From positions 1-64,000 of the IMG/VR virus record IMGVR_UViG_3300038428_000825: a stretch of DNA of 64,000 bases. One strand, given 5' to 3'. Shown here in pieces: positions 36,640 to 46,821 of this stretch. The position numbers and the translations under genes are program-made. The DNA comes from a virus (taxonomy: Duplodnaviria; Caudoviricetes). The notes under the pieces are model-generated. The model did not search any database and was not told where the DNA came from. It worked only from the letters and a program-made list of their open reading frames with translations. The first letter of the stretch is position 1, and the number at the start of each line of letters is the position of its first letter.

Positions 36640-36737
36640 CCAAATCATGTCCAGGCGGAGGCCTTTAACTTCCGCCTGGCCAACCCTGAGTCTTTGGTAG
36701 ATCTCCGCCTTTACAGACACTCGGAAGTGGAGATCCT

Positions 36738-37358
36738 ATGTCCAGTCTGATCGTGATGCCCGGCAGCGAAGAGTTCAAGAAAACGCTGGCCTCGATAGCA
36801 AAGGCGCCGAGCCGCCAGAAGCTTGTACAACCTGTCGACTTCGTAGGTCACACCTTGATGCTGAACACAGCCCTGGTCAAGACCTTTCAGTGTGGCGGCT
36901 TCGTCCTGGGCCCGAACAGGCCGATCGGTATTGTGGACGAACAGTCTCAGCAGATTCCGATCCGCAAGGCATTGGAAGAGAAGAAGCTGATTGACGTCAC
37001 CGGCAAGGACATGGCCACCAAAGGGTTCAAGGGAACCGGCGGCCAGACCTCGGCAATTACCGAAGAAGACACCGGCAAGAAGGTATTCGTCGGCCGCGAT
37101 CGCCGCGGCAATCTCTACATCGCAACTCCCAGATCCAAGACCGAAGCCAAACGATTCGAGCGCGAGATCCGGACGACTGGCACGCTCAAGAGCGTTGACT
37201 TCGAGACCGAGACCACAGGTCTCTGCGCCATTACCGAAGAGGTAGTGGAATCCAGCGAACAGCCTGTCAAGAAGCCCGCGAAGAAGTCTGCGAAGAAGGC
37301 CAAGAAGAATGTCCGCACCCGTCGTACTTCAGGCAACGCCGTCCGATCAAGAAACTGA
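36738..37358 (+). CDS. Hypothetical protein with a basic C-terminal tail
   Basis: GGAG RBS; CTTTGGTAG motif upstream. Confidence 0.7.
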   Translation: MSSLIVMPGSEEFKKTLASIAKAPSRQKLVQPVDFVGHTLMLNTALVKTFQCGGFVLGPNRPIGIVDEQSQQIPIRKALEEKKLIDVTGKDMATKGFKGTGGQTSAITEEDTGKKVFVGRDRRGNLYIATPRSKTEAKRFEREIRTTGTLKSVDFETETTGLCAITEEVVESSEQPVKKPAKKSAKKAKKNVRTRRTSGNAVRSRN

Positions 37359-38013
37359 TGTGGTTCTTGGCCAGGCGATCATCGTCGCTTTCGACCAGGC
37401 GCTCGACACCTCGACGCTGAACGATAGCACGTTCTCGTTGACGTTCCCCGCTCCAACTCAAGTTCTCACATCGGGCCAGCTCGTTGCTGGCGAGGCCGCT
37501 CCTTCAACATTCAATGTTGAAGGAGCCTGGTCGTTCGCAGATGACTCAACAGGTCGCACGATTGCGACCTTCACACCCACCAGACACTTCCAGGAGAACT
37601 CGCTCTACACGGCGATGCTGCTGGGCGCTGATGCGTCCCTTTCGACCGAAGACGTGATGAACCCCGCCGGCGAATCAATGAATGTCAGCTACCAGTGGAC
37701 ATTCACCACCGGCATTTTGAACCTGCTGACACCTCCACCTGTTTCTCCTCTTCTGGATGCATTTCCAGCCCTTCAGCTCGATCAGATCAAGGTCATTCCA
37801 AGACGGCGGATTGGCCAGGATTTGAGTCAGTCGTTCGACATTCTGTTTCCAGATGACATCGATCCGACCTCATTTTCGGTCGAGGACCTTTACATGAGCA
37901 TCGAGCCTCTCCTCGGGGATCCTACTGTTTCTGTGCCGCAAGCTCTGCAGTATGCAGCCGTCATCACCGGTAACAAAATCCAGATCACGGTCACAGGTTG
38001 GCCGTCAAGTTAG
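37309..38013 (+). CDS. Ig-like (SbsA/Big_5-type) domain virion protein
   Basis: P.D.ETDV....IIVAFDQALD.STL...F...ATFTP...Y...WTFTTG pattern. Confidence 0.75.
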   Translation: MSAPVVLQATPSDQETDVVLGQAIIVAFDQALDTSTLNDSTFSLTFPAPTQVLTSGQLVAGEAAPSTFNVEGAWSFADDSTGRTIATFTPTRHFQENSLYTAMLLGADASLSTEDVMNPAGESMNVSYQWTFTTGILNLLTPPPVSPLLDAFPALQLDQIKVIPRRRIGQDLSQSFDILFPDDIDPTSFSVEDLYMSIEPLLGDPTVSVPQALQYAAVITGNKIQITVTGWPSS

Positions 38014-38021
38014 GAAATGAC

Positions 38022-38474
38022 ATGTCACAACTTACACCGCACTTCGCAGACACTGAACCCGGACTGACTGTCCTGGCAGGCGCTGACTCGCACGTCATCG
38101 AGAACGTCACCTTCCTCTGCGAGAAGGTTCTCGAGCCCATCCACGACAAGTTCGGAGTTGTCCGCGTTCATGACAGCTACCGTGATCCTGGCCACAACGC
38201 CCAGGTCGGTGGCAAGACAGCTTCCTTTCACCTTTGCATCGGCGGGCACGCAGCGGTCGATGTCGATGCGCCCGCAGTCTCCATGCAAGTTCTGTTCGAC
38301 TGGCTGCGTCTCGAAAGCAAGCTTCCCTTCGACAAGGTCATCTTCGAGAAGAACAAGGCTGAAGTTCCAGCCTGCGTTCACATTCAGATCGACCGCCTCA
38401 ATCCACCCAGACGCCAGGCATTCATCGGCCACACCGGCGCCGCAACCGTGTACACCCCAGTGGAAGTCAAGTAG
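38022..38474 (+). CDS. Peptidase M15 family endolysin
   Basis: SYRDPGHNAQVGG...SFH...AVD...VHI zinc D-Ala-D-Ala peptidase motifs. Confidence 0.85.
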   Translation: MSQLTPHFADTEPGLTVLAGADSHVIENVTFLCEKVLEPIHDKFGVVRVHDSYRDPGHNAQVGGKTASFHLCIGGHAAVDVDAPAVSMQVLFDWLRLESKLPFDKVIFEKNKAEVPACVHIQIDRLNPPRRQAFIGHTGAATVYTPVEVK

Positions 38475-38483
38475 GAGACCTTC

Positions 38484-38717
38484 ATGGCATACAGGATCGA
38501 TCTGACAACCCGGAACGCTTCCATTGCGATCGTTCTCGGGTTGGACGTTCTCTTCTTCGCCGCCGCGATCGGGGCTTCCGTTCAGCCTGCATTTGCAGAC
38601 TTGAGCACGAAGCTCTGGGGCCTGTTTGCAGGCACCAATGGCGCGCTGATGCTCGCTCTGAACGCGAGCGGCGGCAACACCCCAACACCCCCAACACCAG
38701 CAGTGGCAGGCGCGTAA
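38484..38717 (+). CDS. Putative holin
   Basis: 77 aa, two hydrophobic helices, directly after the endolysin. Confidence 0.6.
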   Translation: MAYRIDLTTRNASIAIVLGLDVLFFAAAIGASVQPAFADLSTKLWGLFAGTNGALMLALNASGGNTPTPPTPAVAGA

Positions 38718-39571
38718 TGAGACGCTTTCATCCTCGCTTTCAAGAACGAGCACTGAGATCCCGCCGGAAGTTCAAGCTTCCGGCGTGGTTCATGCCTTTT
38801 GTGAAGGTTGCCGTCTTCGCAGTTCCGTTTGCGTTCCTTTGTGTTTGTCTCGGTTTGGCCGGCCTCGAAGCTCGCAAGGCAACCATTGGCCTGGAAGCCA
38901 CTGACGAGGCGGCCAAGAACTTCATCGTTGACACCCAACAGCAGGTACATGTTGTGGGCAACAACACTAACCACCTTATTGTTGAGGCAGGTCTCACCGC
39001 GAAGGAAGCGCGCCTGGCCGCTACTTCCCAACGCCAGTTCTGGGATAACGAAGTTCCTGTCCTGGCTGCCCGCGCGAACGGAACCTTTGACCGCACCGAT
39101 GCGCTGCTTGCCTCCTTCCGCAAGACCTCAGACGGTCTCGACGCCGATCTGACCACCATTACGAACGACATTACTGACACGACAACCACTCTCAAACCAG
39201 CCTTGGTCGCCACCGCCGCCGCCGCCACATCCGCATCGAACATGGCCCAGCAGGCCAGCAAGGATCTTGCCGATCCCAACATTCCTGCAACTCTGAAGAA
39301 CATCAATGACGGTACTCATCAAATTGCTCTCACAGCTGGTTCCGTTGCTCACACTGCTGACAATCTGGATCACAAGGTCGACAAGATGCTTCACCCAGGA
39401 TTCTGGGGAGCCGTCAAGGCCTACACCGTGTTCGGGGCCCAGCTCGCCACCGACGCAATCGAGATGCACTACTACCTGTCCTCAGTCGCCCCAGGTGCAA
39501 CCGTCCAGACCGTCAAAGCAGCTGTCACGCACATCGCCAAACCCCTCACTCACCGGCCAGCAGCCAAGTAG
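38717..39571 (+). CDS. Membrane-anchored coiled-coil protein (spanin-like)
   Basis: N-terminal TM segment, long helical region, lysis-cassette context. Confidence 0.5.
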   Translation: MRRFHPRFQERALRSRRKFKLPAWFMPFVKVAVFAVPFAFLCVCLGLAGLEARKATIGLEATDEAAKNFIVDTQQQVHVVGNNTNHLIVEAGLTAKEARLAATSQRQFWDNEVPVLAARANGTFDRTDALLASFRKTSDGLDADLTTITNDITDTTTTLKPALVATAAAATSASNMAQQASKDLADPNIPATLKNINDGTHQIALTAGSVAHTADNLDHKVDKMLHPGFWGAVKAYTVFGAQLATDAIEMHYYLSSVAPGATVQTVKAAVTHIAKPLTHRPAAK

Positions 39572-39623
39572 CTTTGGTAGTTCGGGCCAACGCGCCACAT
39601 TCACGATAGGAGATACACCCGTT

Positions 39624-39968
39624 ATGAGCATTTCATTCAAGTCCCTCGGACACGCCTTCGCCACCGCATTCAAATGGGTGGCCAACAATGCGCCGGCCGA
39701 CATTGCCAAGATCGAAGCCACCAAGACCGTTGTGGATGAGGTTCTTCCCGAAGTCCCGACATACGGTGGGGTTGCAACCTCTCTGGCCGATCTCGGCTAT
39801 GCCGCGTTGGGCGAGATTGCTTCGGTCATCACCACAGGCACTGCTGCCCAGAAGCAGTCGCTCTCGGACGCAGGTCTGGACAACAGTGTGATCACCGCCA
39901 TTGAAGCCGCCGTGAAGGGCTTCGGATCGATCGGCGGCTTCATCGCATCCCTCGTGTCCAAGAAGTAA
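39624..39968 (+). CDS. Hypothetical protein
   Basis: AGGAG RBS before ATG 39624 (MSISFKSLG...). Confidence 0.7.
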   Translation: MSISFKSLGHAFATAFKWVANNAPADIAKIEATKTVVDEVLPEVPTYGGVATSLADLGYAALGEIASVITTGTAAQKQSLSDAGLDNSVITAIEAAVKGFGSIGGFIASLVSKK

Positions 39969-40019
39969 CGACAGGCCTAACAGTTAGGTGGATCGTGTGT
40001 AGTGATCTTCAACAAGCAG

Positions 40020-40047
40020 GAGGGCGGCTAATCCCGCCCTCTTGTTT
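40020..40047 (+). terminator. Intrinsic terminator
   Basis: GAGGGCGG-ctaatc-CCGCCCTC followed by TTGTTT. Confidence 0.65.
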
Positions 40048-40073
40048 CATGTCCGGCCGGAGCCTTCAGGCAA

Positions 40074-40457
40074 ATGATGCCTGCATCAAATCCCCAAGAA
40101 TCACGCAAGCAAAAGACAGGTCTTAGCCCCGCAGGCAGATACTGGCAATATCTCTATGCTGCGAAAAGGCGCAAGATCGAATGGGATTTGAGCAAAGACC
40201 AGGTCTATCTGTTGTTCGCAGGCACCTGTCACTACTGTGGCATCCAACCTTCTACCGTCTATAGACGCTCCGGTTGTACGCAGACTTTCTTGTACAACGG
40301 GATTGATCGGATCGACAGCTCGAGAGGTTATCTCAGCGACAATGTGGTCTCATGCTGCAAGGCCTGTAACTTTGCCAAGAGCGAGATGACTACAGGCGAG
40401 TTTCGTACTTGGGTAAAACGTGTTGCAGACCACATGGCCTTACTTGGAGATGTGTAA
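40074..40457 (+). CDS. His-Me finger (HNH-like) endonuclease
   Basis: CHYCG...GIDRIDSSRGYLSDNVVSCCKACNFAK. Confidence 0.85.
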   Translation: MMPASNPQESRKQKTGLSPAGRYWQYLYAAKRRKIEWDLSKDQVYLLFAGTCHYCGIQPSTVYRRSGCTQTFLYNGIDRIDSSRGYLSDNVVSCCKACNFAKSEMTTGEFRTWVKRVADHMALLGDV

Positions 40458-41105
40458 ATGATCTACCCCGGAGATACACACCAAATCGTCTTCTCCCTTT
40501 CGCACGCAAATGGCACCACTCCTTCCGTGACCACGGCGCCCCTCGTTACGGTGATCAACCTGACGACAGGTGCGGCTGTTGTGACCGCCGCGGCGATGAC
40601 TCTGGTTGCCGGAACCTGCCTGGTCTACTCCTATGCGTGGAATACGGCCGGCATGCTGAATGGTGACTATCTGGCAGTTGTTTCCTACGCCGCAGACGGC
40701 AACACCGTCAACGGGCAGTACCTCGATCAGATCCGGCTGGGCGACACCAACATTCCCGGGCCGGTAGCCCTCAACGCTACCGTGGCGCTCAATGCCACCG
40801 TGGCCAAGGACGCGACCGTGGCTCATCTCACGGATCTGGCGACGATCAATCCCAATACATCGTCCGTCATCCTGGCCATTCAGGCCAAGACGGCCAACTT
40901 GCCGGCGATCCCCGCCGCCCAGTCCGATGTAACCGCGCTGGTTCAGTTTCTCACCGACATTCACGACACCGTTTTGGGCACCTGGATTGTCGACAAGACC
41001 CAGAATCCGAAAGTCATGTCGTTTCTGCGGCTCGACGGAAGCAATCTCGCCACCTTCACGGTGACCGAGGACGACAACTCCGCGGCGCGCACGGTCAGCG
41101 CATAA
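40458..41105 (+). CDS. Putative structural protein
   Basis: GGAG RBS; Thr/Val/Ala-rich beta domain, short VALNAT repeat. Confidence 0.7.
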   Translation: MIYPGDTHQIVFSLSHANGTTPSVTTAPLVTVINLTTGAAVVTAAAMTLVAGTCLVYSYAWNTAGMLNGDYLAVVSYAADGNTVNGQYLDQIRLGDTNIPGPVALNATVALNATVAKDATVAHLTDLATINPNTSSVILAIQAKTANLPAIPAAQSDVTALVQFLTDIHDTVLGTWIVDKTQNPKVMSFLRLDGSNLATFTVTEDDNSAARTVSA

Positions 41106-41181
41106 AGAAGCCATCTTCCTATACTAGACACGACTGAGGGAGCGGTGTGCTCCCTCCATCCTCCCTCTAGGACGTCCACCC

Positions 41182-41499
41182 ATGGCCCTTTCTCAAGCAG
41201 CTGAAACCGAGCTTTTGACCAAAGTTCGAGAGATTCACGCAGTCTTCATTGGTATCGAAGGCCAGCCCGGCAGGTTTCAGGACCTGACAGCAACAGTACA
41301 TGCACAAGGCAAGCGGCTTCGCGTGACCGAACGGTTTCAGTGGGTCTTGACCGGAGGCGGAATCGTTCTGGGCTTCATCGCCTATCACTTCGAACACCTT
41401 CTGAATGCAGTGCTGGAGATCAAGAAGCTGGTCCCTGCAGTTCCCGCAGGCCAGGTCACGACCGGGTTCCTGCGTATTCCGGAGTTCTGGAGACTGTAA
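41182..41499 (+). CDS. Small single-TM protein
   Basis: Follows the CCTATACTAG motif; hydrophobic WVLTGGGIVLGFIAY. Confidence 0.65.
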   Translation: MALSQAAETELLTKVREIHAVFIGIEGQPGRFQDLTATVHAQGKRLRVTERFQWVLTGGGIVLGFIAYHFEHLLNAVLEIKKLVPAVPAGQVTTGFLRIPEFWRL

Positions 41500-41804
41500 T
41501 GAGCAGTGTTGGTAGCCCGCTTTCCTATACCATTCCTGCCAGCCAGGACTACGGCGCAAGCGGGGCGCTCAGACCCTCCTATCCCAACCTTCCAAGCTTC
41601 GTCCTCTACGCATTCCTCAGCTCAGACTGGTGTGTTGGCAACACCGACCCGGCCTATGCTCGAGGAGCCTACCAGTTGGATTCGACCGGAAACTGGCTTC
41701 TCAACCTGTTGCCGAATACCTACAATCTCGTGCTCATGAACGGGACCGGAACTGTGATTGTCTTCCAGTTCAACCTGGTGATCACGCTGCCTGCGAGTTC
41801 CTAA
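41499..41804 (+). CDS. Hypothetical (structural) protein
   Basis: TAATG coupling, GGAG RBS (MSSVGSPLSY...). Confidence 0.65.
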   Translation: MSSVGSPLSYTIPASQDYGASGALRPSYPNLPSFVLYAFLSSDWCVGNTDPAYARGAYQLDSTGNWLLNLLPNTYNLVLMNGTGTVIVFQFNLVITLPASS

Positions 41805-41806
41805 TC

Positions 41807-42538
41807 ATGCAGAATCTGATCTTCCACATCTCGTTGCCCAAGGGCATCAAACTGATGAATGGCGCGACCTTGATAAAGGACGTGACCTTCGATTTCATCA
41901 GCCAGATCACTCCGTATTACTCGACCATCGATATGGTCCGTCTGGCCGCCGGCCCGACTCTCAAGAAGCTCTCCGACATCACCATCGCCTGCCAGATCTA
42001 CCGGTCCAGCAATGAAGCGGACCTGATCACCGCTGCGCGCGTCCCGCTTTCCGGGCTGCAGCATACCCGCCTGATCGGCAGCCGCTTGCAGTATGTGACG
42101 GCCCTGGCCTCCCGCGATCTGATGTTGAACGTAGTCTCGCTGCTGGGCCCCGGCGCTCATGTGCTGGCAAACTTCTCCGTCGATCGCAAGGCGGACAATA
42201 AGCAGCGTCTGGCGGAGTTTGAGGAGTCTCTCAAACTCTACGAGGTGGTTCTCCGCAGCGGCGGCCGGGTGATGCCCGGCGGCCGCCCAGACTTCCACTT
42301 CGCAGCAAAAGGCGTTCTGGACTGGGCGGAGCGCACACCGGCGCGCACCTGGTTCGCCAACGGCATGGGAGCCAATGCCAGTTCGATGGACCCCGGATCT
42401 CCGACAGGCGGCCGCGGCAAGCCCATCAAGTTCTTTGCATCCCCGACGTGCTCCCCGCCAATGTCCTCCATGCGCATCGGCGTCTACCAGCCGGGCTTCC
42501 CCGTCTCCCAGTTCTATCCGTACGCGATGGGACAGTAA
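41807..42538 (+). CDS. Putative head-tail adaptor/neck protein
   Basis: ATG 41807; position before the head-closure and tail-terminator-like genes. Confidence 0.5.
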   Translation: MQNLIFHISLPKGIKLMNGATLIKDVTFDFISQITPYYSTIDMVRLAAGPTLKKLSDITIACQIYRSSNEADLITAARVPLSGLQHTRLIGSRLQYVTALASRDLMLNVVSLLGPGAHVLANFSVDRKADNKQRLAEFEESLKLYEVVLRSGGRVMPGGRPDFHFAAKGVLDWAERTPARTWFANGMGANASSMDPGSPTGGRGKPIKFFASPTCSPPMSSMRIGVYQPGFPVSQFYPYAMGQ

Positions 42539-42556
42539 GAGGACTGGAGTGGAACT

Positions 42557-43141
42557 GTGGACTTCTACCGAGACATCTCGGCCACCATCGACCTGCGCGA
42601 GGAGCTTCACTCCGTCATTCATGGCAGCGAGGAGATCGTCGGCCAGGGCCGCACTGTAATTCTGCGCCGCATGACCAACACAACCTGCCCCGGCTGCTGG
42701 GATCCAAAGACAGGCGGAAGCGTCCGGCCCAACTGTCGGTATTGCCAAGGCGAAGGCTGGCAGTTCTATGAGACCCAGGAGATCATGGCGCTCTACCGCG
42801 GCGTGGCTCCTGTCTACAAGCCTGGAGTCTTGGCCACTGGTGAGTATCCTCAGAATGCCATGGGCTACACCGATCAGAACCGATGCACCGCCTATGTGGA
42901 AGTCTTTCGGGATGACGGCAGCCAGGTCTATCCCGACTACGAAAGGTACACCCTCCAGACTGCCAAGGCCTACGACAAACTCTACGAAACGAAGGTCGAT
43001 CCGGAAGGCAACTCCATCACCGATTCCAGCGGGCGTTTTACCCGGACGGTCAAATGGAAGGTCCTCTCGGTAGTGCCCACCTTCGGAGATAACGGACGGA
43101 TCGAGTTCTTCGAGCTGGGACTCGAAAAGGAGAACGTGTAA
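42557..43141 (+). CDS. Putative head-closure/neck protein with a zinc finger
   Basis: CPGC...CRYCQGEG; C-terminal DNGRIEFF; gene order. Confidence 0.55.
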   Translation: MDFYRDISATIDLREELHSVIHGSEEIVGQGRTVILRRMTNTTCPGCWDPKTGGSVRPNCRYCQGEGWQFYETQEIMALYRGVAPVYKPGVLATGEYPQNAMGYTDQNRCTAYVEVFRDDGSQVYPDYERYTLQTAKAYDKLYETKVDPEGNSITDSSGRFTRTVKWKVLSVVPTFGDNGRIEFFELGLEKENV

Positions 43142-43213
43142 CCGAATTACCAGTCTGGTCGTGTCTTCCTATACTAGACAGGATTGCCGGGGCTCTCCCC
43201 GCGAGGAGCGTGC

Positions 43214-43936
43214 ATGTCTGCAATCACCAAGCCCTCCTCGATCTTGCCTCCGCTGCGTTCGAGTAAGCCCGCGGCAGACATCAACGGCTTCTTCCAGATT
43301 GTCGGGCAGGCTCTCGTAGAGTTCATCAAGACGGAAGGTGCTCCCGAGGGAACAGTCCCTGTTTACGTGGAGACTTTCCCGAAGGAACGGCTTTCAGAGC
43401 CGGACACAGCGTTCGACGTCATTCTCTTCCATGTAGTCAGCGGTGAGATGGCGCCTACCAGCAATGACGGCGCTACTGTTCCCCGTTCGCCGATGCTTCG
43501 GAACGTCGCAAGAATCCCGAGCCAGGCAGGGTACAACCTGGCGCAGTACGGCTGGTGGGAGAACTACACCGTCGAGTTTGAGGTTTGGTCGAAGAGCAAC
43601 TCTGTGGCCAATTCTCTGGCAGTATGGTTTCATCGCTTTCTGATTCGGTATGCCTATTACTACAAGTTCTTCGAGGCATTCGGAGTCCAGCAATTCAAGT
43701 TCGCAGGGCGCCAGGAAGATAAGTCCGACGAGAAAGAGAATCAAGAGCTCCAAATCCGTCGGCTTCGGTACTCGTTCCGCCTGGAGTTCCTTGACACCTT
43801 CACAGAGCGGCAGCTTACCGACCTGACTCTGAATTTCAAGATCAAGCGGGACGTTCAAACCGTTGAACTTGACACCGCTCAACAACACAACGCGGAACAC
43901 GAACGTTTCCGATTCCCTGTGTCCAACCCTGTGTAG
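43214..43936 (+). CDS. Putative tail terminator/completion protein
   Basis: GAGGAG RBS; directly upstream of the sheath gene. Confidence 0.55.
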   Translation: MSAITKPSSILPPLRSSKPAADINGFFQIVGQALVEFIKTEGAPEGTVPVYVETFPKERLSEPDTAFDVILFHVVSGEMAPTSNDGATVPRSPMLRNVARIPSQAGYNLAQYGWWENYTVEFEVWSKSNSVANSLAVWFHRFLIRYAYYYKFFEAFGVQQFKFAGRQEDKSDEKENQELQIRRLRYSFRLEFLDTFTERQLTDLTLNFKIKRDVQTVELDTAQQHNAEHERFRFPVSNPV

Positions 43937-43988
43937 GTTGCAGACTAACCGTTAGTTTGTTGACCCGAGATCTACGAGGAGAAACAGA

Positions 43989-45920
43989 ATGGCCTTCAAT
44001 AACCTGCCTGGGATTATCGTCAACACGGTTGACGGAGGTCTCGTCTCTGCCGCTCCGCCGCAGGACCACTCTATCCTGATTATCGGCACATGCGACCAGG
44101 GCGTGATCAATCAGCCATACCAGGTCACCAACCGCGCGATGGCGGCTCTCCAATTCGGTCTGAACGGAAACCTGATCCGTTCGATGGAAGAGTGTGCTGC
44201 GAACTCCGACAACGTCATTCTGTTCCGTATGGGCGCTCAGCCTCAAGTCCTGGCGGGCATCGGTGTGGAGACGGGTACCGGTGCGACTGCAGGCTTTTCA
44301 TTGAGCTTCGGGCAGGCCACCGCGACATCTGCCACCGATTACAAGATCTGGTACAAGGCTGGCGTTGTGGCCGTGTACTACCAGGGCGATCTGGAGTATT
44401 CGAACGATCCTCTCCAGACCACGGACAACGGTGACATCTCCATTGCCGGCACCATCTCCGGCAACACCGGCCTTCAACTCGGCACGGGCGCCAGCGCCAC
44501 CTTCGCAAATGCGATCACGGTGCAGGCTGCGGCTGCGTTGGTCGGTGCAACTTCGACTCCTCCTCCGACCCTGACCGCGGCCATCACCGGCATCGGCCTG
44601 ACAGGCCGCCAGACCTACCTCGCCTTTCTGGACGCAATCAACCTTCTGCAAGGGTTCCAGGTTGAGGAAGTTGTGGTTCCTGCCGCGACCTTCGATGCGC
44701 CGAATGTGGCCTTCTACTCGGTCGGCAACACAGCGACAGCCGTCAACAACCCGGCAACCAACCCCAACGCGCTCGATTGGCTCTTGATCGCGCGCGATGC
44801 CTTCGGCGACCAGACCTATCAGTGGGCTTCGGAAGCTAATGCCTGGGCCAATGGTGCCCAAGTTACCACCTTCCCCGCCGGACTTACCGCTCAGACTGTG
44901 GCCGGAACTTCGATTCCGATCACGGCCGGTGCAGTTACGGCGATGCCCGGAACGGTTGCGACCGCTTCCGCGCGCCAGGCGCTCGGCTTTGCCGAAGTCA
45001 ACTGGGGCTATGCAATCGCCAGCTTCTGCGCATCGATCAGTACGCTGGACAAGACCTGCATCGGTTTTATCGGCACGTCCGTCCCCGCTACCTACAAGCT
45101 GGTGGATGTCCGTCGGTGGGTCGGCTTCCTGCCCCATTACAACGCCAATGACGACGTGCAAAATCCAGGCGCCGGCCTGCTCGGTATCCCCTACACCGTC
45201 GGGACCAACGCCAGCGGATTGAACGCCCTTTGCTTTGACTACAGCTCTGGCTATCGCCAACCTGGCTTCTTCCAGACCGAGAACGGACAGTATGACGGCA
45301 CCGTCATGCAGGACATCAACCAGAACAACATCGACATCGGTGCGTACCTGCACGTTGTGGCCGATCAGGCCATCATGTCGAATGGATATGCCACCAACTA
45401 TGTGAGCAATCTGGCCAACTATGTCGCCGGCTTCTGCTCGGCTCTCGATGAGAAGACCGCGCTGACCAACCAGAAGGTGCCGCTCAAGCAACTGCCGGGC
45501 CTGATCTACACACCCGGACAGCTCGACTCCCTGACCCAGGCGAATATCAATGTGCTCCGCACCAAGGGGTCCTACAGCAACCCCGCGCTGCTGCATGACT
45601 TCACCTGCGCCACGGACATCAGCGATTACACCGAATTGCTTCGTGTTCGCATCAAAGGCCTGGTGATTGCGACCATGCTTGCGATCGGCGATCCGTTTGT
45701 CGGAGCCAGCTCGCTCGACGGCCTCCAGCTCGTGTCGCTCAAGACCGCTCTGGACAACGGCTTGGTGGCCCTGCAGCAACGTGGTTACATCTCGAATCCG
45801 CAGGTGACCATCACCACGACCGCTGCCGAATCTCTGATCGGGCATGCCAACCTGTTCCTCACTTTCCATCCGGCTGATGAACTCGTTCAGCTCAGCGCCT
45901 ACGTCGGCCTGAGTTCGTAA
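43989..45920 (+). CDS. Tail sheath protein
   Basis: MAFNNLPGI...LIIGT N-terminus and C-terminal QLDSL...INVLR...YTELLRVRI...P.DEL pattern of contractile sheaths. Confidence 0.85.
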   Translation: MAFNNLPGIIVNTVDGGLVSAAPPQDHSILIIGTCDQGVINQPYQVTNRAMAALQFGLNGNLIRSMEECAANSDNVILFRMGAQPQVLAGIGVETGTGATAGFSLSFGQATATSATDYKIWYKAGVVAVYYQGDLEYSNDPLQTTDNGDISIAGTISGNTGLQLGTGASATFANAITVQAAAALVGATSTPPPTLTAAITGIGLTGRQTYLAFLDAINLLQGFQVEEVVVPAATFDAPNVAFYSVGNTATAVNNPATNPNALDWLLIARDAFGDQTYQWASEANAWANGAQVTTFPAGLTAQTVAGTSIPITAGAVTAMPGTVATASARQALGFAEVNWGYAIASFCASISTLDKTCIGFIGTSVPATYKLVDVRRWVGFLPHYNANDDVQNPGAGLLGIPYTVGTNASGLNALCFDYSSGYRQPGFFQTENGQYDGTVMQDINQNNIDIGAYLHVVADQAIMSNGYATNYVSNLANYVAGFCSALDEKTALTNQKVPLKQLPGLIYTPGQLDSLTQANINVLRTKGSYSNPALLHDFTCATDISDYTELLRVRIKGLVIATMLAIGDPFVGASSLDGLQLVSLKTALDNGLVALQQRGYISNPQVTITTTAAESLIGHANLFLTFHPADELVQLSAYVGLSS

Positions 45921-46038
45921 GCCAACCTCACCTACCGTGGCTAACCTGCCGCGGTCTCGCTCCGCTGGGGATCGCCCTGGTCCCCGCGGAGCTGCAATTC
46001 ACGATCTTACGTGAGCTTCATCCTCCCAAGGAGTAAAC

Positions 46039-46734
46039 ATGTCTTCTCTTCCCGGCGGCGTCCTTGCAAGCGAGATCAGCCGCTCCTACAACTCGTTTGC
46101 TGGTGCTGACATTACTGCTGTGATTGGTCAGTTCCAGTTTGCAGAGCTCCAGGCTATCTCCTACTCCGTGACTCGTGAAAAGGCACCGATCTACACGATG
46201 GGTTCTTGTGATCCTCGTGCATACTCGCGCAACAAGCGCGGCATCGCCGGCTCGCTCGTCTGGATCAACTTCGATCGCCATGCGCTGCTCAACCTCTTCC
46301 AAATGGCTCTCGGCACCTTCGTGGCCGATGCCGATGAGATCCGGCCCCAGTTCTCGAATGTGGCCAACGGGACAGCTGTCTTCCAGTCCTCGGTCGTTCG
46401 GGACACAGGTCCCTCGATCTCTTCGACCATCAGTCAGCTCGATCAGATGACCATGACCAGCAGCGCCTCCAACAGCGAACTGGCGACGCCTTGGTATTCC
46501 GACCAGATCCTGCCCTTCGACGTGACGCTGAGCGGCGCCAATGAGTACGGCGCGATGTGCGCGGCCAAGATCTTCGGCGTTGAGATCCTCAACGAGGGAA
46601 TGGGCATCTCCATCGACGATGCCGTGACCGAGATGCAGGCGACTTTCGTTGCCCGCGTGGTCGAGCCCATGTCGGCCGTTCCGAGTCCGTTCCAGTCTGC
46701 GAGTGGCATCGGCGGCACATCCTTCACACTGTAA
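46039..46734 (+). CDS. Tail tube protein
   Basis: After sheath; SFAGADI, ELQAISYSVTREKAP, KRGIAGSL, DQILPFD, NEYG, GVEILNEG. Confidence 0.75.
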   Translation: MSSLPGGVLASEISRSYNSFAGADITAVIGQFQFAELQAISYSVTREKAPIYTMGSCDPRAYSRNKRGIAGSLVWINFDRHALLNLFQMALGTFVADADEIRPQFSNVANGTAVFQSSVVRDTGPSISSTISQLDQMTMTSSASNSELATPWYSDQILPFDVTLSGANEYGAMCAAKIFGVEILNEGMGISIDDAVTEMQATFVARVVEPMSAVPSPFQSASGIGGTSFTL

Positions 46735-46821
46735 TCGCTTCCCATTTCGCTCTCTGGGCAGCTTCTGGCTTTGGCTCTTTATTCTTCTCCGCCATGCTGG
46801 AAGCTGCCCTTTTGTTCAGAT

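Noticed and set aside
15452-43956. CTAAC...GTTAG motifs as integron attC sites
   Set aside because: They are only 11-20 bp, lack the long imperfect attC stem, flank core structural genes, and no integron integrase is present
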